In this document: one piece after another, positions 51,585-64,000 of the stretch
Position numbering within the stretch: the first letter of the stretch is position 1
Layout: each line of letters opens with the position of its first letter
Assembly (NCBI RefSeq): GCF_963921235.1
Contig: NC_086108.1
Location: 93,684,001 to 93,748,000, forward strand
Direction of reading: 5' to 3'
DNA: 64,000 nt
Origin: Mobula hypostoma
Lineage: Eukaryota
The notes under the pieces: model-generated
Told to the model about the DNA's origin: nothing
Seen by the model: the letters and a program-made list of their open reading frames with translations, nothing else
The model's database searches: none
Made by a program: the position numbers and the translations under genes

Positions 51585-54500
51585 GTATGGAACCAGTTTA
51601 ATCAATATACAGTAAATCCTAAGTGTTTGATATATGGAACTGAGATGAGAAAAACATAAAGTGAATGTGCTATATCCAACGTCCTGTAAAACCAGGGGTT
51701 TTAAGTGTTGTGGTGGGGTTTTTTTGTGCTTTCCTGCCCCAATAACTTTATTCCACAAAGTGAAGTTTAAAAAAATCACGATAATGAATCATTTCTGCCC
51801 TCAAAGATGCACTCCAGCCCGAGCAGTGCTCTTCGAAGTTCGAAGTTTGAAGTTCAAAGTAAATTTCTTTTCAAGCATGTGTACTGAATGTTACCTTGAG
51901 AGTCAGTTTCTTCAGGTTCAAGTTTAATTGTCATTCAACCAAATGTGATTCCCTATGAATACAGCCAAATGAAACAGTGATACTCTGGGCTCAAAGTGCA
52001 AAACACAGTACCAACAGTCACACACAGCACAAGGCACATGCAACGCATATAAACTAGCAGTAAAATACAGTCACACAAACAATCTATAACCCAAGTCCCT
52101 GAGTCCATGAATATTGCAGCAGTCTGCAGTGAAACACAATCCGGCTTGTCTTCTGCTAAGTGAACACTGGGGGCAGCACCGATTCCAACATGGATGCTGT
52201 GTCACACCACCTCCTCCACTTTGATGGAGTGCCCAACTCCAATGCCTCACTCTGGCTGGCTGAAAGCATACGACGCCTTGGCTTGAAGCCTAGTCCTCGC
52301 CACGACCGAGGTCCCACAGCTCCTCTGCCATCTGCCAATAAACCAGTGAATCAGACTTGCAGCATTCCACATTAACAATGTCCAACAAGGTCTCGTGATC
52401 ACAAGAAAGGTGACCAAGACGATCTCTCCCTGTTAGACTGCACACTTGTTTTACACACCAACTTCACTCTGCTGCAGATAGCATCACAGTCCTCATCAAA
52501 TCCAGATCCTTCAGTTTCTCCACCAATGAGCAACTTGCTGATTGGGTAGACCTACAGTACCTTAAATTCTTAATGTCCAGCGAGGTCGTGCAATTGCAAA
52601 AAATACGTTTGATAAAGGGAATATCACCTTGGGTTGACCCCTTAGAAACCCTTGTGACATCTTACTAGAAGTCATCTTGTTGGCACTTAGAGGAAAAAAA
52701 CTTAAGAAATACAATTGAATCTTTGAAAAAACATACATAAGCAAAGACTGACAAGCAACCAATATGCAAGAGAAGACAAACTGTGGAAATAATGCTGAGA
52801 ACATGAGTTGTAAAATCCATAAAAGTGAGTCTGTAGGTTGTGGAATCAGTTCAGAGCTGAGGTGAGTGAAGTTATTCATGCCAGTTCTGGAGCCTGATGG
52901 TTGTAGGGTAATAATTGTTCCAGAACCTCGTAGTGTGGGTCCTAAGTCTTCCATACCTGCCCAATAGAAGTAGCAAGAAGAGAGCATGGCCTGGTTGATG
53001 GGGGTCTTTGATGATGGATGCTGCTTTCCTGTGACTGCACTCCACATCAGTGTACTCAATGGTGGGGAGAGTTTCATGGGTGACGGACTGAGCTGTATCC
53101 ACTGCCCTCTGTGGTCTTTTCCATTCCTGGGCATTGGTGTTTCTGTACCAAGCCGTGATGGATACTCTCCACTGTACATCTTTACAAGTTTGTCAAAGCT
53201 TCCAAGTCATGGGCTAGACCTCCAGTGTATTGTTGGACATTGTGTTCTCTGTCTCCATTTCACCCAGTCACAAACCTGCCTTGCAAAAGGGGCAGGCAGT
53301 CAGAATGAACAGACTTCCGATGCCCTGTTGCTTAGAACTGTAAGTGGTCACCTTGTTCAGACCCAGGAGCTGTCAGGTGAATAGATCCCCAGACCAGCCC
53401 AACCTTCTCTGCTCCAAGTGCTCAGAGATCAGATCAGCTTAAGTGCAGCTAAAACCTGAGAAGCAGTCTCTTTAAGGACCCAAACGTAATCTGCAATCTC
53501 CTTCCCGCCATATAGATGTGGAGCACAAATCTCTCCAGGCCAGAGAACTGCAGGCAGCCTAGAAGCGAGCCTATTTAAATATATATTAAAAAAGTTTTTT
53601 TTGTCTCTGCTTTAAGCTATTTGGTCCTGTTGAAATACTCCTTGTTGGCTAAAACAATTCACAGTGCTTAAGGTGACCCCCCTCTGGACCATCTCCAATG
53701 TCAGCACATCCTTTCTGAAGATAAGGGGCCCAGAACTCCAAGTGCTGTCTCACCAAGGCCTTATAAAGCTTAAGCAGGATTGATTGCCTAACGTAATTGC
53801 CCTTGTCTAGAGGTGGAGGTCATCCCTTGAAGCACTGCATTTCGTTTAGTGAAATGAGTCCCATAATTCGGCAGTCAGCCCAGTTTCAATGAAGAAAAGA
53901 CATCATATTTCTGAGTTCAGATCCCCCGTGACCTGGAGGGGAATCTGGAGTTAATGCTGTTTCCATGCTCTCGTGGGGAGACAAATGCTTTACTTGGGCG
54001 GTGTATAGGTTGGTCATGGCCTCGCGTAGAGCGAGCATTACATACTCTGTTTGGTGTCATGGTGAAACAAATGCTTTAGCTGGAGGGATGGACGTCGCCT
54101 TGTGTAGAATTAACATTGCATACATGGATGGTAGAGGTATGGAAGGCCATGGCCCTGGTGCAGTTTGATGGCAGTTTAAATGGCTCAGCAGGGACTAGAT
54201 GGGCTGAAGGGCCTGTTTCTGTGCTTTACTTTTCTATGACTCTATGCCTCTGTACCCTGTTAAATGTCAAGGAGAAGCAACTGGGGAGGGTTGGTCATCG
54301 CCTCGTGTAGAGTGAACATTACTCACCCTGTTGGCCCAAGTTTGAATGTTATCCAGATGCTGCTGAGCACTGACATCTTCTCTTAATTTTCTGATGGCTG
54401 TAAAGAGAACTGAGCATTGTGCAATCTTTGTGAAACATCCACACAATGACCTTTTGAAAAAGAACAGGTCACCAAATCTGGTAGGGATGAGAGTGTTGTC

Positions 54501-54601
54501 CTGAGTAACTCGTGCAGGGAAGCCCTGAGTCTGAGGTGACAGACCTCCTTCTCGTCATTGTTTCTGCATTCACTTGATGTGTGGCTGTTTCATCACTCCA
54601 G

Positions 54602-54707
54602 GTATGGCGGGATCTCCATCGGAGGAAAACTTCCAGGTCTACCCGTCAACCATAAACAGATAAGCAGCTTTTTCACCCAGCTGGGCCGCCTGCTGAATAT
54701 CACTGGG
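54602..54707 (+). CDS. ABCA4: ABCA4 exon ~33, 106 nt
   Basis: actccag|G...GGG|gtaggc; YGGISIGGKLPGLPVNHKQISSFFTQLGRLLNITG. Confidence 0.95.
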
Positions 54708-54973
54708 GTAGGCTGCTCAAACCTTCATTTTCTACCTTTGCAAAGTAGCTGGTTGCTCGGCCTAGTTCAGTGGTTAATTGTATTACACTTCACATGATGT
54801 GGTTTACCGAAGCGAAGGAAGTTGTAACTGATCAACACTACTCTTTTAGTCAGTTCCCTTGCAATCAGAAACTAATCCTCAACTATTTCCCTGCTCCTGA
54901 CCACCCCTCCCATCCTATCATTTCGGATCTCCCCCTCTCCCTCCTACCTTCAATCTCTAGCTCTTCTTTCAGT

Positions 54974-55011
54974 TAGTCCTGACGAGGGGTCTCAGCCTGA
55001 AACGTCGACTG
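54974..55011 (+). ncRNA. Minimal type I hammerhead ribozyme motif (GUC) within a Penelope-like repeat (~54880-55075)
   Basis: tagtc CTGACGA ggggtctcagcct GAAA cgtc gactg. Confidence 0.7.
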
Positions 55012-56900
55012 TACCTCTTCCTAGAGATGCTGCCTGGCCTGCTGCGTTCACCAGCACTTTTGTGTGTGTGTTGCTTCCGTTTATCCAGATTTCCTTTGAC
55101 AGATAAAATAGCCTCAACTCAGCAAATTCACTACAGCTATTCACATAATGTGGTGGGACTACAACTAGTATGAGTTAGGGTGAAAGGTGAAAATTTTAAG
55201 GGGAACATTTTTTTTTGATTAATTGAAGGTTGATTGACTGAGATACAGTGCAGAATAAGCCCTTCCAGCCCTTCGAACCACACCGCCCAGCAATCCGACT
55301 TCATCCTAGCCTAATCACAGGACAATTTACAATGAATGACTGACTAACCTACCAACTGGTAGGTCTTCGGACTGTGGAAGGACACTGGAGTTCCTGGAGC
55401 CATGCATTCACGGGTAGAACATACAAACTCCTTACAGGCAGTGTCAAGAATTGAACCCGGGTTGCTGGTACTGTAAAGCATTGTGCTAGGCCACAACGCT
55501 ACCGTGTCGCCAATGAGGGGAAACCTCTTCACTCAGAGAGTTGTGAGAGTGTGGAGAAAGCTTCCAGCACAAGTGGTGCATGTGAGCTTGATTTCAACAC
55601 TTAATGGAACTTGGTTAGGTACATGGATGGTAGGGGTATGGAGGTCTATGACACCAGTACAGGGCAATGAGTAAAGGCAGCTTAAATGGTTCAACATAGA
55701 CAAGATGGGCCGAAAGGCCTGTTTCTGTGTTGTTTTTCTCAATGACTCTATGATACCATCTCCAGTAAAAGCAATACACTGGTTAATGGAACAATGAATA
55801 AAAATTAATATAATAATCTCCAGTGAGTTCTTAATGTTTTACTGCTCAGCTGTCAGATGATCTTCCATTTAGGTTTAGATATTAAATGATGCCTGGCTCA
55901 GTTATGAATTAATTAATGCAACAGGGAAGCCAACCTAGTACCTCCCTGCTTTCCAGGGACACTGAATCAATTAAATGACTTTGTCAAAGAAAGATGACAA
56001 TAAAATTATGAACTTCTCTTCACATATTTGATAATCCACATAAACAGTAAACAACCAGCAGCATTTTAGTACTAAATTAAAGAAGGCGCTTTGGCTGATG
56101 TAACTAGCTGATGGAATAATTCAAATGTCATATTGGCATTACTTGGAGTCAACATCACCGAAAGCACAATAGGGTTAAAGTTTATTTCGAGATACAGGAC
56201 GTTCTGGCCTAATGAGCCCGTGCCACCCAAATACAACCACGTATCCAATCAACCTACCAACCAGTATGTCTTCAGAATGTGAGAAGATATTGGAGAACCT
56301 AAAGGACACCCACACCATCCAAAGGAGAACATACCATCCCCTTACAGACGGCGGCAGAACTGAACCCGTGTCAGCGGCTCAGCGATTGTGTCACGTCACC
56401 CCAAACTTGTCAGTGTTAGTTCACTGTTCAGGATCTTGTAAGGCTGATGGAGTTGACAGTTTTGGATATGAAGTCTAATGAGTCTATTATTTGGTGATGA
56501 TCACGTTATTTTAGCCATCGAGTTCGCTGACCTTCCGAAACCTTATCTTGTGGGCCATCTGATCTTCTTTTCCTCTCTTACCTTCTCTGGTGAAGTGTTG
56601 TAGTAGCAAAGGATGTAAGCATGTCCCTCTACTGTACAAGGTGTAAAAGCTCACCACATACATACAGCTGAATGCAGCTTATCTCCAAATGAAGAGGGAA
56701 AAGATGCACTTCATTGTTCAATAAGTTTCTAGATAGGACCAAAGAGCAAGGCCATCCAGTAGCATTCAGAGGATATTTCCATGCTTCATTGCTCCCTCTA
56801 GTGGTACAAAGATACAGCTTCTTCCATCCAATTCTTGCTGCAATGTTCAAGTTGAATTCCTGGTCATATTATTCAATTAATTGATTTTTTTTTGCACTAG

Positions 56901-56975
56901 GGCAATACTACACAGATGGTGTATAGTAATCTGAATGATTTCCTTAAGTATTTGGAGACTGAAGAAAATATCAAG
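56901..56975 (+). CDS. ABCA4: ABCA4 exon ~34, 75 nt
   Basis: tttgcactag|GGC...AAG|gtgagt; GNTTQMVYSNLNDFLKYLETEENIK. Confidence 0.95.
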
Positions 56976-57965
56976 GTGAGTCGCAAAACCTGAAATGAAG
57001 ACCACAAAGTTCTTTTGGCTGAGCTCGTATCTTTTGTAGCGGCCAATTCTAAAAAAAAACGATTGCCGCTGCTGGCAACCACCATGAATTTGTTATACTT
57101 GTATAACGCGCCCTCAGCTCCAATAATGATTGTCCCAAAAGTTGAAGAAAGTTATTCGACCCTTTATTCACAATTAGCAAACTTATCATCTAGAAGCGAT
57201 GAAATTTCAGTGTACTTAAGCGTAATTGAGCATAACTAAGCAGTCAACAAAAGATATGACCTCAGCTCCAAACCACCATGAACAAAGCTTTTATTCCATG
57301 GCAGATTGTAACATCGTAATCAGCGAGCTGTTTGGTTTCGTTGGTCTCCCCACCCGCTGTGAAATTGTGACACCTCTCTGTCCCTTGTTATGGAGAGAGA
57401 GAGAGAGAAAGAGCCCTGTAGCATGTTGAATTGTCAGATGAACAATTGTTTTTGTTGGGCTGCAAATCATGGTCTCTGTTTGGGGGCTTTGCTGTTGCTT
57501 GTTTGGTGGGGGAGGGTTGACACTTCGCTGCTGCTTGTGCGTTGGGGGGAGAGGGGTGCTTGGGGATCCAACGCTTTTCTGTCACTCATTCCCTTCTGTT
57601 TTCATGGACGTCTGTGAAGAGTAAGAATTTCAGGTTGCATACTGTATACATTCTCTGATATTAAATGGAACCATTGAACACAGAATACAAAGCAGATGGA
57701 GAAGAGATGCATGGCTCCTACATTTTTGATGCAATAGTTTGCTTTGTCTGTTCTGTGTAATGTGTGCACACCAGTCTGTGGTAAGACTCATATTGTTTGC
57801 CATATGGATAAAGAGCAACTGGATACCTCAAGAATCTGACGTAAAACTATACTCCGCATGAAAACATCTGACCTCGTTTAGGATTTCATTTATAACCGGA
57901 AAGTACAAAACTGATGCTTGCTCTCCTTTCAGGAGTTGTGACTCCCTAACGTATATCTATTCCAG

Positions 57966-58135
57966 GTGTGGTTCAGTAACAAAGGTTGGCACGCCATGGT
58001 TGCCTTCACGAATGTGGCCAACAATGCAATTCTCCGGGTGAACCTTCCCAAACAACATCACGCAGAGGACTATGGCATTACCGTCATCAATCATCCGCTC
58101 AACCTCACAAAGGAGCAACTTTCAGAGGTGACAGT
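57966..58135 (+). CDS. ABCA4: ABCA4 exon ~35, 170 nt
   Basis: attccag|GTG...GT|gtaagt; [56 protein letters not shown](V). Confidence 0.96.
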
Positions 58136-59134
58136 GTAAGTGGGTGAGCGCCGAGGCCACATTTATTGAGCGACACCTGACCATCTCTGTTAGTCACGGG
58201 AGTAGGCCATTCAGCATACTCCACTATTTCACAGGTTCATGGATGACCCGGTTATAACCACAACTCCACATTCTCACCAACCCCAGTGATCTTTCACCTT
58301 CTTGCTCATCAGGAATTTACTTCAAAAATATTCAGACAGCACAACTTAGACCGTAAGACCACAAGACATATGATCAAAATTAGGCCATTTGGCCCATCGA
58401 GTCTGCTCTGCTATTCAATCATGGCTGATCCTTTTTTACCCCTCCTCAGCCCCACACCCCAGCTGAGGAGAATTCTCCAAAAACTCATAACCCTCTGAGA
58501 GGAATAAAAGTTGCTTCATCACAATTTGAAATGGGTAACCCTCACTTTTAAACACAATCAAGATTTAATACTTGCTACCACTTAGTAATTTTGAGATTTG
58601 CAAAGCATCCTCTGAAACCTCTGAAAGCATCACCTATAAAGCAATCAATGGCATGGTACCATAGCGGTTAGCGTAAAGTTATTACAGAACCAGTGACCTG
58701 GGTTAAATTCCATTCGCCGTCTGTAAGGAGTTTATATGCTGCCCCTGTGGCCATGAGGGTTTTCTCCAGGTGCTCCAATTTCCTCCCACGTTCCAAAGGT
58801 CTGCGGGTCAGTAGTTAAATTGACCACATGTGTGTAATTGGGCAGCACAGGCTCACTGGGCTGGAGGGCCTGTTACTGAGCTGTATCTCTAAATGAAAAT
58901 TAAATAAGTTTTCACTAACTGCAGGGGAAGGATATCCAGTAAGTCTTTTTTTGGAGGTGTTGGCCCAGTGGTGAACAATAGCCGGGAGTCTAAAAAGGCA
59001 GATGGGCAAGAAAGGCCTGGGACCGTGCTGCATCTCTATAAGGGCCTCTTTGAGTTTCCCTCCCTGTTATAATTGTACCAACTTTGCTGATGTTTCTTGC
59101 TGCCATTAACAGCGAATTGGACATGTGATTTCAG

Positions 59135-59312
59135 CCTTACTACTTCAGTGGATGCAGTGATTGCAATCAGCGTGGTCTTCGCCATGTCATTTGTCCCAGC
59201 CAGCTTTGCGATCTACCTGATACAGGAGAGGGTTTCGAATGCGAAGCACCTGCAGTTTGTCAGTGGAATGAGCTCAGCCACCTACTGGGTGTCCAACTTC
59301 GTCTGGGACATG
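59135..59312 (+). CDS. ABCA4: ABCA4 exon ~36, 178 nt (TMD2)
   Basis: atttcag|C...ATG|gtacgt; [59 protein letters not shown]. Confidence 0.96.
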
Positions 59313-59588
59313 GTACGTCATAATCCACTGCTCAAAGGAAAAGTAGCAGCTGCTAATAATGTCCCTCACTTGAAACTGTCTTATAATACATGTTAAGTGT
59401 CTAAAATGTAATATAATTCAGTTACATAATAGAAATAGATCATTGCAATATCCCAACACCTAAATATATATTTATGATTTTGAGTTTCTAGAGCTGATAA
59501 GATGAAACCTTCAAACTCAAAGGATTCAGAGATACAAGTCAAGCACAGTTAACCTTTTTTAAAAAACGGTATTAAATAGGTTTAATTA

Positions 59589-60783
59589 TAGTGCCTATAA
59601 AAAGTATTCTTCCTTCTTGGAAGTTTTCATGTTTTATTGTTTTCCAACATTGAATCACAGTGGATTTAATTCGGCTTTTTTGACACTGATCAACAGAAAA
59701 AGACTCTTTCATGTCAAAGTGAAAACAGATCTCTAAAAAAGTGAGCTAAATTAATTACAAATATAAAACACAAAATAATTGATTGCATAATTGCTCACCC
59801 CTTTCAAGTCAGTATTTAGTAAATGCGCCTTTGACAGCAATTACAGCTTTGAGTCTTTGTGGATGGGTCTCTACCAGCTTTGCACATCTGGACACTACAA
59901 TTTTTCCCCATTCTTCTTTACAAAACTGCTCAATCTCTGTCAGATTGCATGGGGATCATGCATAAACAGCCCTTTTCAAATTCTCAATTAGATTAAGGTC
60001 TGGGTTCTGACTTGGCCACTCCAGGACATTAACTTTGTTGCTTTTAAGCCATTCCTCTCTAGCTTTGGCCTTACGCTTGGGGTCTTGCTAGAAAGTAAAT
60101 CTCCCAACTCACAGTTCTCTTGCAGACTGCATTAGGTTTCCCTCCAGGATTTCCCTCTATTTTGCTGTATTCATTGTACCCTCTACCTTCTCAATCCTTC
60201 CAGGGCCTGCTGCAGTAAAGCATCCTCAGAGCATGATGCAGCCACCACCATGCTTCACAGTTGGGATGATGTGTTTCTGATGATATGTGATGTTTGGCTG
60301 ATGCCAAACATAGCGTTTAGTTTGCTGGCCAGAAAGCTCAATTTTGGTTTCATCAGACCATAGAAACATCCAGCTGACTTCGGAGTCTCCCACATGCCTT
60401 CTGGTAAACTTTAACTGAGATTTCATGTGAGTTTTTTTCACAGTAGCTTTCTCTTTGCCACTCTCCCACAAAGCTGTGACTGGTGAAGCACCCGGGCAAC
60501 AGTTGTTGTATGTGCAGTCTCTCCCATATCAGCCACCGAAGCTTGTAACTCTTCCAGAGTTGTCATAGGTCTCTTGGTGGCCTCTCTCACTGGTCCCCTT
60601 CTTGCATTGTCACTCAGTTTTTGAGGACAGCCTGCTCTAGGCAGATTTACAGCTGTGCCATATTCTTTTCATTTCTTGATATTTGGCTGAACTGTACTCC
60701 AAGGGATACTCAGTGACTTGGAAATTTCTTTGTATTCATATTCTTGAAAACTTCCAAGGGGCTGAATACTTTTACAGGCACAA
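59589..60783 (-). mobile_element. Tc1/mariner DNA transposon, internally deleted
   Basis: TIRs tagtgcctataaaaagtattc..cttggaagttttc / gaaaacttccaag..gaatacttttacaggcac, flanked by TA; LWSDETKIEL..TVKHGGGCIML. Confidence 0.88.
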
Positions 60784-60974
60784 TACATTCAGCTTTCCTA
60801 AGTGGTTGGTTAATTGTTCCTTTTCTGATTATTGATTCCAGCATCGTCTCAATAATAGATGTTAAACTAATTGGCCTGTAGTTCCCTGCTTTCTGGCTCT
60901 CTTCTATTTTGTACAAGTGAGTCACCCTGGCTGTTTTCCGATCTTCAGTAACCCTCCCAGATTTCAGTGTGATA

Positions 60975-62400
60975 TTGAGTCATAGAACACAACAACACAG
61001 ACACTGGCCCTTTGGTCTATCTAATCCATGCCAAACCATTAGTCTGCCTAGACCATCGACCTGCACCTGAACCATAGCACTCCATACCCCTCCCACCCAT
61101 GTACCTTTCCAAAAGTCTCTTAAATAATGAAATCAACCCTGCATCCACTACTTGTGCTGGCAGCTCGTTCCACACTCTCACCACCCACTGAGTGGAAAAA
61201 GTCCCCCCCCCCACCATGTTCCCTTAAACATCTCAACCTTCACCCTTAATCCATGATGTCTAGTTCTAGTCTCATCCAACTTCAGTGGAAAAAGCCTATC
61301 TATACCCCTCATAGTTTTGTATAACTCTATCAAATCTTCCCTCTATCTTTTCTACATTATAGGGATTAAAATCCTAACCTATTCAACCTTTCCTTAAGTC
61401 CCAGCGACAACCTTGCGAATTTTTTCTGCACTCTTTTGATCTTATTTACGTCCTTCCTGTAAGTAGGTGAGCAAAACTGCACACAATATTCCAAATCAGA
61501 CCTCACCAATGTCTTATACAACTTCAGCATAATATCCCATCTCCTGTACTCAATATTTTGACCTATGAAGGCCAACGTGCCAGAAGCTGTCCTTATGAAA
61601 CTATCCACCTGTGACGCCACTTTCAAGGAATTATCTACTGCCAGATTCCTACCGCTCTGCTCAGTGCCCCATTGTTCGCTGTGTAGGACCTACCCTGGTT
61701 AGTCCAACCGAAGTGCAACATCTCACAATTGTTTGTATTAAATTCGACCTGCCAATTTTCAGCCAATTTTTCCAGCTGGTCCAAATCCCGCTGCAAGCTT
61801 TGATAGCCTTCCTCATTTTCGACTATACCCCCATTCTTGGTGTCATCAGCAAATCTGCTGAGCCAGCTTGCCACATTGTCATCCAAATCGTTGATATAGA
61901 TGACAAACAGCAATGGTCCCAGCACCGGTCCCTCCAGCACACCGCTGGTCACAGGCCTCCAGTCAGAAAGGTAACCATCTACTACCACGCTCTGGTTTCT
62001 TCCGCAAAGCCAATGTCTAATCCAATTTACTACCTCATCTTGAATGCATGAGAATGAACCTTCTTGACCAACCTCTCACGCTGACCTTGTCAAAGGCCTT
62101 TCTAAATCCATGTAGACTCCATCCACTGCCTTGCCTTCATCAATTTTCCTGTTAATTTCCTCAAAAAACTCTATAAGATTAGTTAGACCGGAGCTACCAT
62201 GCAGAAAGTCATGTTGACTATCCTTAATCGGTCAATGTCTATCCAAATACTTACATATCCGGTCCTTTGAATACCTTCCAATAACTGTCCTACAACTGAT
62301 GTCAGACTCACCAGCCTATAATTTCCTGATTTATTCTTAGAGCCTATCTTAACAACATTAGCTATCCTACAATCATCCGCAACCCACCCATGGCTAAGGA
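60975..62400 (-). mobile_element. CR1 LINE RT fragment, degenerate
   Basis: WRPVTSGVLEGPVLGPLLFVIYINDLD..RFADDTK; LEYCVQFCSP. Confidence 0.9.
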
Positions 62401-62404
62401 TTTT

Positions 62405-64000
62405 TTATAATGAATACTTTGCTTCAGTCTTCACTGTGGAAGACACTAGCAGTGTGCCAGATATTGAAGGGTCTAAGGGAAGAGAAGTGAGTGCAGTTAC
62501 TATTACAAGGGAGAAGGTGCTCAAAAGGTTAAAAGTCCTAAGGGTACGTAAGACACCCGGACCAAATAAACTGCACCCTAGGGCTCTGAAAGAGGTAGCT
62601 GTAGAGATTGTGGAGGTATTAGTAATGATCTGTCAAAAATCTCTGGACTCTGGCATGGTGCCAGAGGACTGGAAAATTCCAAATGTCACTCCACTCTTTA
62701 AGAAAGATGGAAGGAAGCAGAAAGGAAATTATAGACCAGTTAGCCTGACCTCAGTGGTTGGGAAGATGTTGGAATCAATTGTTAAGGATGAGGTTATGGA
62801 GTACTTGGTGACACAGGACAAGATAGTACAAAGTCAACATGGTTTCCTTAAGGGAAAATCTTGCCTGACGAGCCTGTTGGAATTCTTTGAGGAGATTACA
62901 TGTAGGATAGTTAATGGGGGTGCAGTGGATGTTCTATATTTGGACTTTCAGAAGGCCTTTGACATGGTGCGACACGTGAGGCTGCTTACCAATTTAAGAG
63001 CCCATGGTATGACAGGAAAGTTACTGGCATGGTTAGAGCATTGGCTAATTGGTAGGAGGCAGCGACTGAGAATAAAAGGATCCTTTCCTGGTTGGCTGCC
63101 ATGGGGTCGGTCAGTGTTGGGACTGTTTCTTTTTATGCTGTATATCAATGATTTAGATGATGGAATAACTGGCTTTGTTATCAAGTTTGCAGATGATATG
63201 AAGGTTGGTGGAGGGGCAGGTTGTGTTGAGGAAACAGGTAGGATGCAGAAGGACTTAGACAGATTAGGAGAACGGGCAAGAGAGTGGCAAATGGAATACA
63301 AGGTTATGAATTGCATGGTCACACACTTTGGTAGTAGAAATAAATGTGCAGACTATTTTCTAAACAGGGAGAAAATCCAAAAATCTGAGCTGCAAAGGGA
63401 CTTGGGAGCCCTTGTGCAGAACAACCTGAAGGTTAACTTGCAGGTAGAGTCAGTGGTGAGGAAGGCAAATGCTACGTTAGCATTCATTTCAAGAGGTCTA
63501 GAAAATAAGAACAGGGTTGTGATGCTGAAGCTTTTTAAGGCACTGGTGAGGCCTCGCCTTAAGTATTGTGAACAGTTTTGTGCTCCTCATCTAAGAAAAG
63601 ATGCACTGGCATTGGAGATTGTTCAGAGGAGGTTCACAAGGATGATTCCGGGAATAAAGGGGTTATCATAGAAGGATGAGGGCGGATCTCATTGAAACCT
63701 TTTGAATGTTGAAAGGCCTAGACAGAGTAGATGTGGAAAGGATGTTTCCCATGGTGGGGGAGTCTCGGACAAAAGGGCACAGCCTCAGATTAGAGGGGCA
63801 TCCGTTTAAAACAGAGATGCGGAGAAATTTCTTTAGCCAGAGGATGGTGAAGTTGTGGAATTTGTTACCACAGGCAGCTGTGAAGGCCAGGTCATTGGGT
63901 GTATTTAAGGAGGAGATTGATAGGTTCTTGATTTAGCATGGCATCAAATGTTATCAGGAGAAGGCTGGGGAGTGGGGCTGAAGAGGAGAGAAAAGGAGCC
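62405..64000 (+). mobile_element. CR1 LINE RT fragment, different subfamily
   Basis: 411-aa ORF with [33 protein letters not shown]. Confidence 0.92.

Larger units (their letters stand above)
10878..59312 (+). other. ABCA4: ABCA4-like gene, internal portion (about exons 23-36); the gene extends beyond both window edges
   Basis: 14 GT-AG exons with compatible phases splice into one ORF. Motifs include [48 protein letters not shown] and [10 protein letters not shown]. Exon sizes 194/206/125/99/95/33/106/75/170/178 equal recalled human ABCA4 sizes; ABCA4 is favoured over ABCA1/ABCA7 by [23 protein letters not shown] and YGGISIGGKLP. Confidence 0.88.

Noticed and set aside
1..64000. Apparent strand bias of LINE families relative to the gene
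   Set aside because: On closer reading CR1 and Rex-like fragments occur on both strands; a bias cannot be supported without counts.

Overview
Eukaryotic, repeat-rich vertebrate DNA, most likely from a cartilaginous fish (inferred from the mix of CR1, V-SINE, Penelope and Rex-like repeats). The window lies inside one large + strand gene, an ABCA4-like ABC-A transporter. Fourteen GT-AG exons splice into one open frame running from the end of NBD1 through the regulatory region, TM7 and ECD2 into TMD2. Their sizes match what I recall for human ABCA4 exons 23-36. There is also a strong candidate extra 81-nt in-frame exon at 22758-22838. The introns are filled with mobile elements: a young, nearly intact CR1 LINE and its close truncated sister, an internally deleted Gypsy LTR element, Tc1 and hAT DNA elements, RTE and Rex/Babar-like LINE remnants, SINEs and a solo LTR. 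The most notable non-coding signals are three. First, a dispersed Penelope-like (GIY-YIG) repeat family whose terminal repeats carry minimal hammerhead ribozyme cores, with two intact GUC copies on the pre-mRNA strand. Second, an inverted Penelope insertion with a 16-bp target-site duplication (TSD). Third, a perfect double-hairpin templated insertion at 28574-28743. Exon boundaries were read base by base; repeat boundaries are approximate.
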